From assembly GCA_963802945.1 (NCBI GenBank), contig CAWDKY010000033.1, positions 67,024-131,023 on the forward strand: a DNA stretch of 64,000 nt, given 5' to 3'. Origin of the DNA: an uncultured delta proteobacterium. Its GTDB lineage: Bacteria > Desulfobacterota > RBG-13-43-22. The position numbers and the translations under genes are program-made. Position 1 is the stretch's first letter. Each line of letters begins with the position of its first letter. The notes below the pieces were generated by a model. The model was not told the DNA's origin. It was given only the letters and a program-made list of their open reading frames with translations, and made no database searches. Positions 61,306 through 64,000 of the stretch are shown here, piece after piece.

Positions 61306-61398
61306 AAAAAAACCTCACTACTCAACTGAGAAATGGGATTCTTCGAATCTTCGTCAGATAACCTCTTTAAAGGGTCCAAGGCAAAAAAAACTCCGATA
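61306..61398 (-). promoter_or_regulatory. Candidate structured 5' leader ending in an intrinsic terminator, copy B
   Basis: Minus strand ...GAAGATTCGAAGAATCCCATTTCTCAGTTGAGTAGTGAGGTTTTTTT; TTGACA at 61429-61434. Confidence 0.6.
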
Positions 61399-61794
61399 TT
61401 TGAAAACATATTATTTTTATCGGAACCATGTCAAGATTTATAGCTCTGACAGCCTTTAGCTAACGATTATCGATGAAGTCTTGTGTTTTCCCAGAAAAGC
61501 ATTACGAAAAATTTCAGGAAGAACTATTCTAAATTCCTTGAAAATTTGTCTTTACCGGTTTTTTGCTTAAGCAAGTATTTAACTTGCTGATTACTATATG
61601 AACTTACTCAACCATTCCAACAAAAAAATGAGCTGGCTCAAAACGTCATTTCAATAGATGGATAAGGATTGAGGTCATCCTGATTTTCTTTTTGACGAAG
61701 CCCTCTGGAGTAGAGTAGGTGTCAAGCTTGTTGCGGCTTATGGTCAAGATGGATTTTAGAGCCTGGCCATCGAGAGCCTGCCAATTTCGAATTT

Positions 61795-63210
61795 CTATTC
61801 TTCGTGTCCCGTTATCTCCCTCGTCCGTTCTTTCCAGTTAACTCCCTTTTTTTTCAGCCAATTCACTCGCAGGAAATAATAGATGGTAAAGAGTAGGGTG
61901 AGCCCGATCAGGAGCCCAAGTATCAAGGCCGTATTCTTATAGTCCAGCATCACTAGCACGACAAACGGAAGGCTTGTGACGGCAGTAATTATGGCCAGGA
62001 TAATAAGCCAGGTCCTGGGGATCCGGATGTAGGCCCTATTGTATTCTGCAAGGTACCTGGTGGGCAGGTTGATAACTGCAAATGCGCCTATAACGGTCAT
62101 GAGAAGGATGCCAACTGCAGCCATGACGCCATAGAAATCTAGATCTATATTTATAAATTGAAGACAAAGCAAAATAAATACAATTAAGAAGTAAAGACCG
62201 ATGGCGCGCAAAGGCGTTAGTGTCCTTGGGCTGACCTTACCGATACCTGAAGGCAGCAGGTCATCGCGCGCCTGAGACAATATTTCACGCGGTAACGCTA
62301 TTGCGCCAGCATTGAGGGCGGTCAACGCTGCAAAAAACGCTCCGAAACCAAGGAAGGCTACCAATCCCTCGGGCAAAAATGTCCTGGCCGAGTCCAGGAG
62401 AGGGGCTTTCATTTTCATTAAGGCTTCATAGTTATATGGCATTGAAGCTGTGAAGACTACCCCGACAAAAATATAGATAACCAACACGATTATTCCACCA
62501 ATGATCATGGCCAGCGGTATGTTCCGTTTCGGGTTTTTCATTTCCTCGCCCATTTCGGCAATAACCTGGAAGCCCATGCAGGCGCTATAACACAGGACCA
62601 CGGCCAGCACCATTCCGCTTATACCTTTAGGGGAGAAGAAAGATAGTTGGATTGGGTGGGTGACTACGAATAGGCCGGCTGCGACAAATAGAATGAGGGC
62701 GAGAACCTTGAGGATGACCATGATTATTTGCACCCAGTTGGCAAGTTGAAGCTTAAAAAGGTAAAGCCCCATAAACAGGATGGGGATTATGAGCGACAGA
62801 ATCTTAATTTCTAATGCCTTATCGATGCCCCAAGCCCAGTAAGCTGCCACATTGCCGGCGAAGCCGATGCAAACAAAGCATGTCGAGCACGCCCCGCCAA
62901 CAATGGCCCATAATGAGGTAATGCTTCCCCAATATGGATTGGAAAGTCGGCTGGTAACGAGGTAGGCCAAACCCGCTCGCGGTATGGCACTAGCCCCTTG
63001 GATTATCGGAATCACCCCTACGGCAGAGATAATGATTGCAATCGTGAACGCCAGCCACATGGCGTTGCCCGCATTGGCAGTAATCGGGGCAAGCAGTGCA
63101 AATATACCCATGCCGATGATACTGCCCACGACAAGGGCTATTCCTCCACCCAGGCCGAAAGCCCTGCCGAGTTTGACTTCTCCGGAATGCCCGGATTTGA
63201 CTTGTGCCAT
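61795..63210 (-). CDS. APC-family amino acid permease
   Basis: GSIIGMGIF, IPRAG, EEMKNPKRNIP, about 12 TM helices. Confidence 0.93.
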   Translation of the reverse strand: MAQVKSGHSGEVKLGRAFGLGGGIALVVGSIIGMGIFALLAPITANAGNAMWLAFTIAIIISAVGVIPIIQGASAIPRAGLAYLVTSRLSNPYWGSITSLWAIVGGACSTCFVCIGFAGNVAAYWAWGIDKALEIKILSLIIPILFMGLYLFKLQLANWVQIIMVILKVLALILFVAAGLFVVTHPIQLSFFSPKGISGMVLAVVLCYSACMGFQVIAEMGEEMKNPKRNIPLAMIIGGIIVLVIYIFVGVVFTASMPYNYEALMKMKAPLLDSARTFLPEGLVAFLGFGAFFAALTALNAGAIALPREILSQARDDLLPSGIGKVSPRTLTPLRAIGLYFLIVFILLCLQFINIDLDFYGVMAAVGILLMTVIGAFAVINLPTRYLAEYNRAYIRIPRTWLIILAIITAVTSLPFVVLVMLDYKNTALILGLLIGLTLLFTIYYFLRVNWLKKKGVNWKERTREITGHEE

Positions 63211-63240
63211 GTTATTTCAGTCCTCCTTATTTAATGAAGT

Positions 63241-63326
63241 ATCATCTCCTTTTTTTGGCTATGGCCGCCTCCTTGCTTTGGGCTAACTCAGAACTTATTC
63301 CATGGTCCAATTTTTGGGGACCACCT
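63241..63326 (-). mobile_element. IS3-like left-end remnant, copy 3
   Basis: AGGTGGTCCCCAAAAATTGGAC...CTGAGTTAGCCCAAAG on the minus strand. Confidence 0.6.
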
Positions 63327-63453
63327 GAATGATCTTTAGAAATATTTTTAAAAATATATTGTACGGGTTATTCTTTTACAGCTCCTAATCTCACCAAAAG
63401 TCATTCCAAGCCAGACTACGATTCTGGGTCTTGATTTTAAGGATTGCCCTTCA

Positions 63454-64000
63454 CTATTTAATAACTCCTTCCGGATTACCCCAGGTAAGTCCCCTTAATC
63501 CTGCTGATTTAATTCCGATTGTCTGCTGGGTGCAACATTCCGAACAACAAAGGCAACTAATACACCTTTCTCTTATAAATACAGGGTATTGCTTAGCCTG
63601 CCATTCAATGGCCCCTGCCGGGCAAATGTTAAAACAGTCGCCGCACTTAATACATTTTTTCTTTTCCAGGATCGGCATCTTTCGGATGATTTTATAAAAG
63701 AAATGACCCGATACGAAACTGAGAACTCTGGAAATCCCAGGTTTCGTAATTTTAAAGGGTTTTTTCAAACGCACTTCCTCGATAGCCTTTCCCACGATTT
63801 CTATCTGCTTTAGATCACAAATACCAAGCTTACGCTCCTAAAAGGCTTTAAGGTGAGGAACATCATTAGCACATCACAACCTCCTATCTCCAACATCGCT
63901 ACCCGTACGGCAACATCGGTGCCGGTCAGATGAGTACTCCCGCACGGTTCCCGGCCGCGGGTCTGCCAGCCCTTCCATTATCCATCGGGCGTCCATCAAA
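63454..64000 (-). pseudogene. 3' part of a DUF362-like protein with C-terminal 2x[4Fe-4S] domain, frameshifted, runs off the window
   Basis: CIKCGDCFNICP and CISCLCCSECC; MDA..IMEG fragment near 63990. Confidence 0.6.

Noticed and set aside
61468-61706. Possible MITE ends resembling 10757-10780
   Set aside because: Matches are too short and degenerate to support by eye.
50560-64000. Integrase-driven island at tRNA-Glu
   Set aside because: No integrase and no duplicated tRNA 3' end seen within the window.

Overview
64-kb bacterial chromosomal window. Gene content and order suggest an anaerobic deltaproteobacterium (Desulfobacterota); this is an inference. Layout: (1) 1-9 kb, two-component/c-di-GMP signalling cluster with a small insert (four-helix-bundle gene plus a broken TA pair). 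(2) 10.8-44.7 kb, minus-strand housekeeping block: cysS, ispDF, rnpB, rpoD, dnaG, hisAB, leuS, nusB, rib genes, nrdR, glyA, fab genes, plsX, rpmF, tRNA-Ile2, tRNA-Ala. (3) A 3.6-kb IS1-family element with passenger genes, then gltX, tRNA-Gln, tRNA-Glu. (4) 50.6-64 kb, accessory genes. IS1182- and IS630-family elements with identifiable ends and target duplications are present. Nine housekeeping genes carry single frameshifts, most likely assembly errors. Best leads: (a) about 20 intergenic hairpins built from inverted arrays of 7-9-nt tandem repeats, one of which encloses a four-helix-bundle (23S-IVP-like) gene and shares arms with several gene-less copies; (b) an acyl-CoA dehydrogenase-EtfB-ferredoxin/EtfA trio where fabH-fabD normally lie in the fatty-acid synthesis operon; (c) a conserved terminator-containing 5' leader found twice before unrelated genes; (d) the IS1 cargo element. 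All calls were made by eye without database searches.
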